Position numbers and translations under genes: made by a program
The notes under the pieces: model-generated
What the model saw: the letters and a program-made list of their open reading frames with translations, nothing else
Database searches by the model: none
What the model was told of the DNA's origin: nothing
Shown here: positions 7,762-16,848 of the stretch, piece by piece
Layout of the letters: each line of letters begins with the position of its first letter
Position numbering within the stretch: the stretch's first letter is position 1
Source of the DNA: Acaryochloris marina MBIC11017
GTDB taxonomy: Bacteria; Cyanobacteriota; Cyanobacteriia; Thermosynechococcales; Thermosynechococcaceae
DNA: 32,000 nt
Assembly: GCF_000018105.1 (NCBI RefSeq)
Contig: NC_009925.1
Location: 1,590,001-1,622,000 of the forward strand
Direction: 5' to 3'

Positions 7762-10362
7762 TCAGCTCACGGGCATCCCTAAAATATCTTCAATTTTAGG
7801 TAACTCCTCCAAAGGAATCACGCGACCTTCATCAATAAAGCCATCAATCTGATCGAAATTGAGATAGCGGTACAGATCATCCGCAAACGGATCAATCTTT
7901 TTAGCGACGATATCCTGGTATTCCTCAGGGGTGGGAATACGGCCGAGGAGAGCACAAGCGGCAGCCAATTCTGCTGAACCTAAATAAACCTGCGCCCCTT
8001 TACCCATCCGATTATTAAAGTTACGAGTTGAGGTGGAGAACACCGTTACCCCATCTTCCACACGGGCTTGATTTCCCATACAGAGGGAACAACCTGGCAT
8101 CTCGGTTCGGGCTCCAGCTGCCGCAAAAATACCGTAATAGCCCTCTTCTCGGAGTTGCTTTTCATCCATACGAGTGGGTGGACAGATCCAGAGCCGCGCT
8201 TTTGTGGGTCCTGCTCCTTCCAAGACCTTAGCTGCGGCCCGGTAGTGACCAATATTGGTCATGCAGGAACCAATAAACACCTCATGGATGGGGTCATTCA
8301 CCACTTCAGATAGGGTTTTAATATTGTCAGGATCGTTAGGCGCAGCCACCAGCGGTTCACGAATCTCATTGAGGTTCACGTCCACCACTTCGGCATACTC
8401 TGCATCGGCATCTGCTGACATTAAGGTTGGATTTGCCAGCCATGCTTCCATCTTGGCCACACGGCGAAGAATCGTCCGGGCATCCTGATAGCCTCGGGCT
8501 GCCATATTCTTAAGTAGGGCAATATTAGAGCGCAAATATTCGGCTACCGTCTCTTCACTCAGCTTAATTGTGCAGCCCGAGGCTGATCGCTCTGCCGATG
8601 CATCTGTTAATTCAAAGGCTTGCTCTAGTTTTAGATCCGGCAATCCTTCCATCTCTAGGACTCTGCCAGAGTAGATATTTTTCTTATTCTGTTTTTCAAC
8701 GGTCAGCAATCCCTTTTGGATAGCGACATAGGGAATAGCATTGACGATATCCCGCAGGGTAATTCCAGGCTGTAGATCACCCGTAAATTTGACCAAGACC
8801 GACTCTGGCATATCTAAGGGCATAGCCCCAATCGCTGCCGCAAAGGCCACCAATCCAGAACCAGCAGGGAAGGAAATGCCTAAGGGAAAGCGGGTGTGAG
8901 AATCGCCTCCTGTACCCACGGTGTCAGGCAGCAACATCCGATTGAGCCAAGAGTGGATAATGCCATCTCCAGGGCGCAGGGCGACGCCACCCCGAGAAGC
9001 GAAGAAGTCAGGCAGATGGGTATGGGTTTCAATATCAACGGGCTTGGGATAGGCCGCTGTATGGCAGAAGCTTTGCATGACCAGATCAGAGCTAAAGCCT
9101 AGACATGCTAGCTCTTTCATTTCATCACGGGTCATGGGGCCTGTGGTGTCTTGCGATCCCACAGTGGTCATTAAGGGTTCGCAGGACATGCCGGGGCGAA
9201 CGCCTGGTAGACCACAAGCCTTGCCCACCATTTTTTGGGCGAGGGTAAAGCCTTTGCCAGAATCAGGGGGTGGAGTGGGTCGGGTAAAGACATCACTTGG
9301 CTCCATTCCCAGCTCAATGCGAATTTTGTCCGTTAGAGAGCGACCAATCAGTAAAGGTATCCGACCTCCCGCTTGGACCTCGTCGGTAATCGTTTCAGGT
9401 TTGAGGGTAAAAGTGGTGAGGACGGTACCTGCTTCATCTGTGATTTCGCCTTTGAAGGGATAGATAGTAATCACCATCCCAGTATCTAGACCAGAGACAT
9501 CACATTCAATGGGCAATGCGCCTGAATCTTCCGCCGTGTTGAAGAAAATAGGTGCAATATTGCCCCCTAAGATATAGCCGCCAGCTCGCTTGTTGGGAAC
9601 AAAGGGAATATCATCGCCAATATGCCAGAGGACCGAGTTAATGGCTGATTTCCGGGATGATCCGGTACCAACCACATCTCCAACATAGGCGACGGGATGA
9701 CCTTTTTGCTTGAGTTGAGCCAAAGTTTCTAGCCCGTCTGGCATTCGGGTTTCCAACATGGCTAGCGCATGCAGCGGGATATCAGGGCGTGTGGTGGCAT
9801 GGGGGGCGGGAGACAAATCGTCCGTATTCGTTTCCCCCGGTACTTTAAACACGGTAACGGTAATGGATTCAGGCAACTTGGATTTGCTGGTAAACCATTC
9901 TGCTGCCACCCAGGAATCAACCACGGACTGGGCATAAGAATTGGTTTGGGCGAGCTCTATCACATCATGGTAGGCATCGTAGACCAAAACCGTATGCTTG
10001 AGGGCCGTGGCGGCAGCGGTGGCGAGTTCAGCATTGTCTGATTTAAGTAAGTCCACTAAAGACTGCACGTTGTAGCCGCCCATCATCGTACCGAGGAGTT
10101 CAACCGCAGCGATGGGGGTGATGAGGGGACTGGTGGTTTCGTGGTTTGCGATCGCACTCAAAAACGAAGCCTTCACATAGGCCGCCTGATCGACACCGGG
10201 CGGGATGCGATCTCGCAGCAATGCCATCAACGCATCTTCTTCCCCTGCAGGCGGAGACTTGAGCAGCTCACACAGATCAGCCGTCTGCTCAGCCGTCAAC
10301 GGTAGCGGCGGAATGCCTAAAGCAGCCCGTTCCTGAACATGTTGGCGGTAAGATGTCAGCAT
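7762..10362 (-). CDS. acnB: Aconitate hydratase B (bifunctional aconitase 2 / 2-methylisocitrate dehydratase)
   Basis: The protein is colinear with E. coli AcnB as I recall it, from MLTSYRQHVQERAALGIPPLPL onward. Fe-S ligand motifs GSCMTNIGH and PGCSLCMGNQARV are present. An alternative ATG lies 18 nt upstream at 10380. Confidence 0.97.
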   Translation of the reverse strand: MLTSYRQHVQERAALGIPPLPLTAEQTADLCELLKSPPAGEEDALMALLRDRIPPGVDQAAYVKASFLSAIANHETTSPLITPIAAVELLGTMMGGYNVQSLVDLLKSDNAELATAAATALKHTVLVYDAYHDVIELAQTNSYAQSVVDSWVAAEWFTSKSKLPESITVTVFKVPGETNTDDLSPAPHATTRPDIPLHALAMLETRMPDGLETLAQLKQKGHPVAYVGDVVGTGSSRKSAINSVLWHIGDDIPFVPNKRAGGYILGGNIAPIFFNTAEDSGALPIECDVSGLDTGMVITIYPFKGEITDEAGTVLTTFTLKPETITDEVQAGGRIPLLIGRSLTDKIRIELGMEPSDVFTRPTPPPDSGKGFTLAQKMVGKACGLPGVRPGMSCEPLMTTVGSQDTTGPMTRDEMKELACLGFSSDLVMQSFCHTAAYPKPVDIETHTHLPDFFASRGGVALRPGDGIIHSWLNRMLLPDTVGTGGDSHTRFPLGISFPAGSGLVAFAAAIGAMPLDMPESVLVKFTGDLQPGITLRDIVNAIPYVAIQKGLLTVEKQNKKNIYSGRVLEMEGLPDLKLEQAFELTDASAERSASGCTIKLSEETVAEYLRSNIALLKNMAARGYQDARTILRRVAKMEAWLANPTLMSADADAEYAEVVDVNLNEIREPLVAAPNDPDNIKTLSEVVNDPIHEVFIGSCMTNIGHYRAAAKVLEGAGPTKARLWICPPTRMDEKQLREEGYYGIFAAAGARTEMPGCSLCMGNQARVEDGVTVFSTSTRNFNNRMGKGAQVYLGSAELAAACALLGRIPTPEEYQDIVAKKIDPFADDLYRYLNFDQIDGFIDEGRVIPLEELPKIEDILGMPVS

Positions 10363-10465
10363 TTCCAAACCAGATCCCATGAAGCGTTCTCAATAAATAG
10401 CAGAGTCCTATACCTAATATATCGCTGGATTGTCAGAGTCTGATGTGTAGCGTCATACTGCCAGG

Positions 10466-11125
10466 TCATTTCGTCCATTCCACATCAATAGTCTTGATGG
10501 TATTGCGGTTGTAGGCTGTAACGGTTGCCTCCACATATGAACCACTCCAAGCAATAGAAGCCATTCGATAGTTGTAGTTAGGTCCCAGTTGTTGCTTAGC
10601 TCGTTGCAAGGCTTCAGCCCCATCAGTACCGTTAAAGGCAACATAAAGGAGGGCATTGAGAATGACAGCGACAGCAGCGCCTCCCACCCATGCACTAATG
10701 GGAGGCGCTGCCTTCATCCCAGAGGTCCTCATAGCAGCCAAGATTTGTGGATGGCGGAGTTGAAAGTAAAGCCACGGTAAATAGATAGCTAAGACTCCAG
10801 TAAAGACACACGAGATAAAATTCAAGATCGGGGACAGGCGAAATTGAGTCATCCATAGGTCTTGATCCTGAAACACAACTATTCCGATGACAATGAGGAA
10901 GACTCGGTACATCCAGTAAAATGCAGAAAACCTAGTCACCCATACGGTTACCTGTAAGTTACCTCTCATCAGAAAAAAACCAGCCACCACCCCAAAAGTC
11001 AAAATATTGGACATGGAGTTAAGCCCCGCGTCCCCCCGATAAATCATCATTCCAATCGCAAGCAGCCCAAATAGAATTAGCGACCAACCGGCGCGTTTCA
11101 ATATCGTTCGATAAGTCTGGAACAT
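10466..11125 (-). CDS. Hypothetical integral membrane protein
   Basis: 219 aa, ATG start, about 5 hydrophobic segments and a ~55-aa soluble C-terminal tail. It is co-oriented with acnB, 85 bp upstream of it. I do not recognise the family. Confidence 0.6.
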   Translation of the reverse strand: MFQTYRTILKRAGWSLILFGLLAIGMMIYRGDAGLNSMSNILTFGVVAGFFLMRGNLQVTVWVTRFSAFYWMYRVFLIVIGIVVFQDQDLWMTQFRLSPILNFISCVFTGVLAIYLPWLYFQLRHPQILAAMRTSGMKAAPPISAWVGGAAVAVILNALLYVAFNGTDGAEALQRAKQQLGPNYNYRMASIAWSGSYVEATVTAYNRNTIKTIDVEWTK

Positions 11126-11316
11126 CGCGATATAAATCCGCCAATACCTTTTTTCAGTATGTTTTCATTAAGTGCAGTATGGAACTATCAAGCCTGCCTG
11201 CAAAAGCAGCTAGATTACATCATCAAAAAACAAAATCTGATAGTTTTGCTATAAAGATTGCCTTTTTCTAGATAAAGCCAAAGGCTAAATGATTACTGCT
11301 GTGGGAGGCAAAGATA

Positions 11317-12090
11317 ATGTTCCATCACTCTAATTCAACCTATTTATCAACGCGGCTACTGCTCAGTGTATGCGTCGCTTTAACCACATTACCTGGGTTA
11401 TATGGTTGTAATAACCAAGCCAATAAAGAAGAGGGTAAGCCCCCAGTATCGTCGGGTTCTGTTGCACCTAGATCCGCAAAACTCCCAACCCTAAACCTTC
11501 CTCCCCAAACCAACCTATCGACTCCGACGTCTAATCAGCCCGTTAAAGGAACTCCCAAATCTCAGCCTGCCAATCCCCTCGGGACGAGTCCCGCGACCTC
11601 GAAAGTCCCTCCCAGCACCATTGAAATCCCCTCCAGCCTGGCAAAAACGAACTCACCCACTGCAGCGACAATCCCTGCTCAGCCCCCCAATGCAGTGCCA
11701 GCTCCCAGTCCGATTCCCTCAGGTATCAGTCAACCTGCTCCCCCCGATATCCCTGCTGCTAATATTCCAACCCAGAATATTCCAACCGCAAAGGCCCCAT
11801 CTGCCCCACCTGCAGCAGACTCCCCTGCTGGCTTAACGGAAGAAGGCAAGGCCATCCAACAATTCAATCAACCCATTGATCCCAATCTTCGGCTTACATC
11901 CCCTTCCGCCTCTACCCCAAAAGCCCCCAAGGCACTCACGTCCTCCTTCGATACCAATCCTTCGTCTGGAACGAATAGCGCTGCCCCTAGCACTCCATCT
12001 TCCTCTAGCTCTAATTCCTCTGGCCTCAGTCCATTGGAGTATAAATACAACCCATCCACAGGAACCTACAGTACCGGGACTGCCGAGTAG
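11317..12090 (+). CDS. Pro/Ser/Thr/Ala-rich low-complexity lipoprotein
   Basis: ATG start with GGGAGG 8 nt upstream. Lipobox LPGLYGC. The remainder is a P/S/T/A/N-rich, probably disordered sequence. Confidence 0.6.
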   Translation: MFHHSNSTYLSTRLLLSVCVALTTLPGLYGCNNQANKEEGKPPVSSGSVAPRSAKLPTLNLPPQTNLSTPTSNQPVKGTPKSQPANPLGTSPATSKVPPSTIEIPSSLAKTNSPTAATIPAQPPNAVPAPSPIPSGISQPAPPDIPAANIPTQNIPTAKAPSAPPAADSPAGLTEEGKAIQQFNQPIDPNLRLTSPSASTPKAPKALTSSFDTNPSSGTNSAAPSTPSSSSSNSSGLSPLEYKYNPSTGTYSTGTAE

Positions 12091-12216
12091 CGACCCTCTA
12101 GATGAAGCCCATGATGCTCCTTGCCAGCCCCATCATTCTGAAAACTAGTGTTCAGTCAAGAAAAGACTGACAGGTATATTTTCTAGAATGAAATGGACGC
12201 ATTCTAGGAGAACGTC

Positions 12217-13349
12217 ATGGGTAAACGGTACATCGTCACTCTGAGTGAGCCAGAGCAACAGTATCTCAAGAATTTCACGTTCACGGGAAAACGAGGTGCT
12301 CGGCAAATCAATCATGCCCGCATTCTTCTGAAAGCGGATACTAACCAAACTCATGGTGGTTGCTGTGATCGAGAAATTCATGAAGCGATAGGTGTCAGCA
12401 TACGCACAATTGAGCGGGTGCGTATGCGATTTGTGGAAGAAGGCCTTGAAGCTGCTATCAATCAACGTTCTGGGGCAGGTCGAAAGCGAAAAATACAAGG
12501 AGAACAAGAAGCTCATCTGATTGCCTTACGCTGCAGTGAACCCCCCGTTGGTCATGCTCGCTGGACATTACGCTTACTCGCAGACCAGATGGTGGAATTA
12601 GGCTACATCGACCACCTCAGTCATGAGAGTGTCCGACAAACTCTAAAAAAAACGAGTTGCAGCCTTGGCGAAAGACCTGTTGGGTCATCCCCCCACAGCA
12701 GAATGCAGAATTTGTCTGGCGGATGGAGGAGCTCTTAACGGTTTATGAGCGTCCTTATGACTTGAGGAATCCTTTGATTTGTCTGGATGAAGCCACCAAG
12801 CAATTGGTTGAGGAAATCACTCTACCCATCGCGGCTCAACGTGGTCAACCCGAACGTGTTGACTATGAGTATGAACGTAAGGGCACAGCCAATCTCTTTA
12901 TGTTGTGTGAGCCAATAGTAGGCACGCGATATGTGAAAGTAACTCAACGACGAACTGCCATTGACTATGCTCATCTACTCAAAGAATTAGTGGATGTGTT
13001 TTACCCTGAGGCCCACACCCTCACGCTGGTTCAAGACAATCTCAATATTCACTCCCCCTCCTCACTCTACAAAGCTTTTGAACCTGAAGAAGCCAGGAGA
13101 CTTTTATCTCGGTTCGAATTTTTCTACACCCCCAAGCATGGAAGCTGGCTCAATATGGCTGAGATTGAATTAAGTATCCTGTCTCGTCAATGTTTAGATC
13201 AACGCATTGCTGATTTTCCAACCTTACAAAAGCATGTGAGGGCTTGGAATGAGCACCGAAACCAAAAGGGAACATGGATTGACTGGCGGTTCACGACGCA
13301 AGATGCCAGGGTCAAATTACACAGACTTTACCCATCAATAAATCTTTGA
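12217..13349 (+). CDS. IS630-family transposase, orfA/orfB joined by a -1 frameshift at an A8 run
   Basis: The N-terminal part is a helix-turn-helix region (12217 onward, AGGAG upstream). The C-terminal part has a DDE signature (CLDEATKQL, LVQDNLNIHS, SWLNMAEIE). A -1 slip on A AAA AAA (12645-12652) gives ...RQTLKKNELQPWRK..., which matches the conserved KKNELKPW junction of single-ORF IS630 transposases. Confidence 0.85.
12645..12652 (+). other. A8 slippery run, candidate programmed -1 ribosomal or transcriptional slippage site
   Basis: Eight consecutive A residues sit exactly where the frame changes from orfA (frame 1) to orfB (frame 0). Confidence 0.5.
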
Positions 13350-13356
13350 CGGAATA

Positions 13357-14352
13357 CTAGCTTGTCTCTTGCAAGGAAAATTGTGGTGCAAAGAGGGCAG
13401 GTTGTCCTCCCGTATGCCAAAACAGAACGGTTTGTTGGGGATTAAATTGCCCCTTTCGGATTAAATCTAATAACCCACCCATCGCCCGACCCGAATAAAC
13501 TGGATCGACAAGAATGCCTTCTGATTGCGCCAGGAGGTTAATCGCCGATCGCTCTAAGTCTCCAACCCTGCCGTACCCAGCTCCCAAATAAGCGGTTTCG
13601 ACGCGAAAGTCTGCGGAATGAAATTGGCGATCTGATTGGAGCAACTTTGCTGTCGTAGTGGCTAACTCCGCCAATTGATCTTGGTAACTCAACTGCTGAT
13701 CTTCAGCCTTATCAATACGAATGCCAATCAGCTCTACATCAATCGCCAAGAGCGATTTGCCAACGGTCAGCCCCGCCTGTGTCCCCCCTGAACTGGACGC
13801 GAACACAATCGCATCCACGGATACTGACATTGCCTGAAGCTGTTGCTGCAATTCAGCCATCGCCGCCACAAAACCGACTGCCCCCAACGCATTAGACCCA
13901 CCATAGGGAATGACGTAGGGATGCCGACCTTGGGCTTGTAGCTGGGATGCGATCGCACTCAACTGCTCCCCTTTGCGATTCGTCCCTGTCCAATGAATTT
14001 GAGCACCCAAAAGCTCATCCAGCAATAAATTCCCATTAGCTCGATCGGGTGGAGTCCCTCCTAAAACTAGATGGCAGTCCAGTCCAACCATGGCTGCGGC
14101 TGCCGCCGTTTGTCGACAATGATTCGATTGAGATGCCCCTGCCGTAAGTACACAATCGCAGTGTTGGTGTAACGCTTCTGCGATTAAGAATTCTAGCTTT
14201 CGGGTCTTGTTGCCTCCCAGAGCCAACCCGGTTTGATCATCCCGCTTCATCAAAATTCTGGGTCCATCCAGCACTTGGGACAGTCGAGGTAGCTCAACAA
14301 TCGGGGTTGGGAAAAATCCTAGGGATCGACGGGGTAAATGGTGAAATGGCAT
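13357..14352 (-). CDS. dcyD: PLP-dependent D-cysteine desulfhydrase / ACC deaminase family enzyme
   Basis: 331 aa, colinear with E. coli DcyD as I recall it. Motifs: GGNKTRKLEFL (PLP lysine), TAGASQSNH, PYGGSNALG and LDPVYSGRAMGGL. DcyD and ACC deaminase cannot be told apart by eye. Confidence 0.85.
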   Translation of the reverse strand: MPFHHLPRRSLGFFPTPIVELPRLSQVLDGPRILMKRDDQTGLALGGNKTRKLEFLIAEALHQHCDCVLTAGASQSNHCRQTAAAAAMVGLDCHLVLGGTPPDRANGNLLLDELLGAQIHWTGTNRKGEQLSAIASQLQAQGRHPYVIPYGGSNALGAVGFVAAMAELQQQLQAMSVSVDAIVFASSSGGTQAGLTVGKSLLAIDVELIGIRIDKAEDQQLSYQDQLAELATTTAKLLQSDRQFHSADFRVETAYLGAGYGRVGDLERSAINLLAQSEGILVDPVYSGRAMGGLLDLIRKGQFNPQQTVLFWHTGGQPALFAPQFSLQETS

Positions 14353-14500
14353 ATGTAAAAAGAGATCAGCTATACCCGGATTCTAAAAATGTAGGAGATG
14401 AGAGGGATATTGCCATCAAAAATCCCCGCAATCTAGCCTTTTTTAGGGTAAAAAACAGGGAAAGTGACTATTACAAATACAGACTAATACCAAGGAGGGG

Positions 14501-14761
14501 TTAGAGGGCTCCGGCAGACCGCAGACCTAAAATCATTCCAGCACCAATCCAGTGGGCAAACACCCCAGTCGCCAGCATTTCAGGCACACCAAAGTCTTTC
14601 ATAGAATCCGGCACACCAATGGGCAAAGCGGGGCCTTGGCCTGGATACTTAATGGCATAACGCCCCAAGAACACCATCAGCAAGTTAATAAACAGCATCA
14701 GTATCCCTGTGTTAACGGTCCAGGGATGACTTTCGAAGGTCGTCAAAAGTATGGGATGCAT
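14501..14761 (-). CDS. psaK: Photosystem I subunit PsaK
   Basis: About 86 aa with two TM helices. The C-terminal FGVPEMLATGVFAHWIGAGMILGL matches the PsaK pattern (FG....L.T.SFGH.LGAG.ILGL). AGGAG lies upstream. The track start at 14764 is TTG, and ATG follows at 14761. Confidence 0.85.
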   Translation of the reverse strand: MHPILLTTFESHPWTVNTGILMLFINLLMVFLGRYAIKYPGQGPALPIGVPDSMKDFGVPEMLATGVFAHWIGAGMILGLRSAGAL

Positions 14762-14796
14762 CAAAATTGTTCTCCTAAAAACAGCGAAACGGACTA

Positions 14797-14825
14797 AATC
14801 TAAAAATCTGTAACGTCGCTGACAA
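14797..14825 (-). promoter_or_regulatory. Candidate sigma70-type promoter of psaK
   Basis: On the minus strand the sequence reads TTGTCA-N17-TAGATT. It lies about 35-65 nt upstream of the psaK ATG. This is a sequence match only. Confidence 0.3.
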
Positions 14826-14938
14826 AATTATAAAAATTGAACTGGCGCAAAATTTTGTTTTGTTTTAAGAGTTAACATTTCGCCATAAAAGTGATCCCAC
14901 CTTATGCTGAAAGAAATACATGGGATACGGGGGATTTT

Positions 14939-15592
14939 ATGCGGGTCAAAATTTGTGGCATTACTCAGCCTGATCAAGGGGTTGCGATCGCAACTCTAGG
15001 TGCCGATGCCCTCGGATTTATCTGTGTCTCTCAGTCTCCCCGCTACGTTACGCCCCAGCAGATTCAGGTGGTTACCCAAGCGTTACCCACACAAACCCTA
15101 AAGGGAGAACCCCTAACCCGGATTGGTGTGTTTGCTAATGCAGCTCTAGACCTGATTCAACAAACTGTAGAAGTCGGCCAGTTAACCGGAGTCCAACTCC
15201 ACGGGGATGAGTCCCCAGAATTTTGCCAGCAAGTTAAAGCGAAACTACCCAAGGTTGAGTTAATCAAAGCGTTTCGGGTTCGTAGTGCTGAAACCCTTGC
15301 TCAGATCACGCCCTATGAAGCGATTGCAAATACCCTGCTCCTCGATGCCTATACACCCCAAGCCTTAGGCGGAACGGGGCATACTTGGGATTGGACGTTG
15401 CTCAAGACTTTTACACCAAAGCTTCCTTGGTTCCTAGCAGGTGGTCTCACTCCTGATAATGTGACACCAGCAATAACGACTTTAACTCCATCAGGAATCG
15501 ATCTTTCAAGTGGAGTGGAACAGTCTCCAGGTAATAAAGATCTGCAAAAAGTAAAGCAGCTCTTTCAGCAGGTTCATACGTTAGTGATATAG
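14939..15592 (+). CDS. trpF: Phosphoribosylanthranilate isomerase
   Basis: MRVKICGIT...GADALGFI...SPRYV and the C-terminal GIDLSSGVE...PG.KD motifs are present. The ATG at 14939 fits the TrpF N-terminus better than the GTG at 14891. Confidence 0.9.
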   Translation: MRVKICGITQPDQGVAIATLGADALGFICVSQSPRYVTPQQIQVVTQALPTQTLKGEPLTRIGVFANAALDLIQQTVEVGQLTGVQLHGDESPEFCQQVKAKLPKVELIKAFRVRSAETLAQITPYEAIANTLLLDAYTPQALGGTGHTWDWTLLKTFTPKLPWFLAGGLTPDNVTPAITTLTPSGIDLSSGVEQSPGNKDLQKVKQLFQQVHTLVI

Positions 15593-15774
15593 GTGATTGT
15601 GTCGATTGCTCTGTACCAGAAAACTCATGAAATAACTGAGTAACCCTTTATTCTGCTTCTAACATCTGGAATCACTACATTGCTTTGCACTACAAGCACA
15701 GTTATTTTGAGAAGACATCATTTGTGCTCTAACAACACGTACTGCAAGACTCTAAATCCTTTCGCCTCGTGAAG

Positions 15775-16755
15775 ATGACTCAGGACAATTTATTCTCCTT
15801 AGCTGACAGAGATATCATGAGTCAGCAATCCATCATCTTAATTGCAGAGCCTGATCAAGAAATCAGTAATCATATAGCCCAACTTCTGGAGAAGGATGGT
15901 CATCTAGTGATGACCACATCCAACGGGGAAGAGTGTCTAGAAGCATACAAAAGCATAATGCCGAACCTTGTGATTCTAGACGCCATGATGCCCAAGATAA
16001 ACGGTTTTGAATGTTGCAGAAAACTTTTGAAATTATCTAGTGGTTCTCCCCCCCTAACCCTAATAATTACAGGGTTAGACGAAGAGGAATCAGTGAATTT
16101 AGCTTTTGAGAGTGGCGCATCTGATTTCATTACCAAACCTATTCGCTGGCCTATTCTGAAGCAGCGTGTGCGTATCCATTTTGAGAATAATCGACTTAAG
16201 AGACAACTCGAAGAGACAACTCAAAAACTGCTCCAACTCTCCTCTATGGATGAGTTTAAGCAACTGACCAATCGACAGTTTTTTCTAAAACAAATCCAAG
16301 TTGAATGGCTTCGGATGGTCAGAGAGGAATCTCATCTATCCCTGATGGTTTGCGAGATTGATGGCTTCGAAACTTACGCTGATACCTACGGCCATATACA
16401 AGCCGACCAATGTTTATCCCAAGTCGATGGGGCCATCCATCAGAGTCTCAATCGTCCGGCTGACCTGATTACCCGATATGGTGGCGGGAAAATTGCAGCC
16501 CTTCTCCCAAATACATCTTTAGAAGGGTCCCTCCACATCACAGAGAAAATTCGAGGAGCTGTAGCTGCTCTGGCCATTCCCCATCAATCTAATGCTTTCT
16601 CAGATATCATCACGATTAGCTTGGGGATTGCTAGTGTGCTTCCTTGTACTCAATTGATGGGGGCTGGAAGCTTTTATCAATCTGCTGATAAAGCCCTGTC
16701 TAAAGCCAAATCTGAAGGAGGAGATCGGATAGTAGTGGGTACTCCGATAGATTGA
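15775..16755 (+). CDS. Response regulator: receiver domain plus a degenerate GGDEF domain
   Basis: The REC domain looks canonical (LVILDAMMP acceptor Asp, LIITG, FITKP). In the GGDEF domain the A-site reads GGGKI (16480-16494), and DxD/N/GD are replaced (EIDGFETYADTYGHIQAD). The RPAD I-site (16453-16464) is kept. The start is ambiguous: GTG 15769, ATG 15775 or ATG 15817. Confidence 0.85.
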   Translation: MTQDNLFSLADRDIMSQQSIILIAEPDQEISNHIAQLLEKDGHLVMTTSNGEECLEAYKSIMPNLVILDAMMPKINGFECCRKLLKLSSGSPPLTLIITGLDEEESVNLAFESGASDFITKPIRWPILKQRVRIHFENNRLKRQLEETTQKLLQLSSMDEFKQLTNRQFFLKQIQVEWLRMVREESHLSLMVCEIDGFETYADTYGHIQADQCLSQVDGAIHQSLNRPADLITRYGGGKIAALLPNTSLEGSLHITEKIRGAVAALAIPHQSNAFSDIITISLGIASVLPCTQLMGAGSFYQSADKALSKAKSEGGDRIVVGTPID

Positions 16756-16848
16756 TGCCGCTGTATCTTTATGGGGGGCAGGGAAGTGTTGACGTTGGTC
16801 TGGTGAAAAAGAACACCTAAATCTTGATATCTACTGAGACGACCCAAC

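Larger units (their letters stand above)
12146..13359 (+). mobile_element. IS630-family insertion sequence (~1.2 kb) flanked by a TA target duplication
   Basis: Imperfect terminal inverted repeats TAGTGTTCAGTCAAGAA (12146-12162) and the reverse complement of 13343-13359, TAGTATTCCGTCAAAGA, match at 13 of 17 positions. TA is present at both ends. The element holds a two-frame DDE transposase, and the transposase stop lies inside the right IR. Confidence 0.85.

Noticed and set aside
8028-10041. Many plus-strand ORFs of 67-128 aa lie antisense to acnB (for example 9077-9463 and 9769-10041).
   Set aside because: They lie entirely inside a confidently identified, highly conserved gene. They have no start context and Gly/Arg/Pro-rich nonsense composition. 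These are typical antisense open frames.
12145-12516. A 123-aa ORF lies antisense to IS630 orfA.
   Set aside because: I recognise no motif in it, and it starts at the IS boundary. It is most likely a chance open frame.
14807-14827. TCTGTAACGTCGCTGACAAAA upstream of psaK could be an HLR1 (RpaB) direct-repeat element.
   Set aside because: Both half-sites deviate from (G/T)TTACA(T/A)(T/A) and the spacing does not fit. The interval overlaps the candidate -35 element, which explains it more simply.
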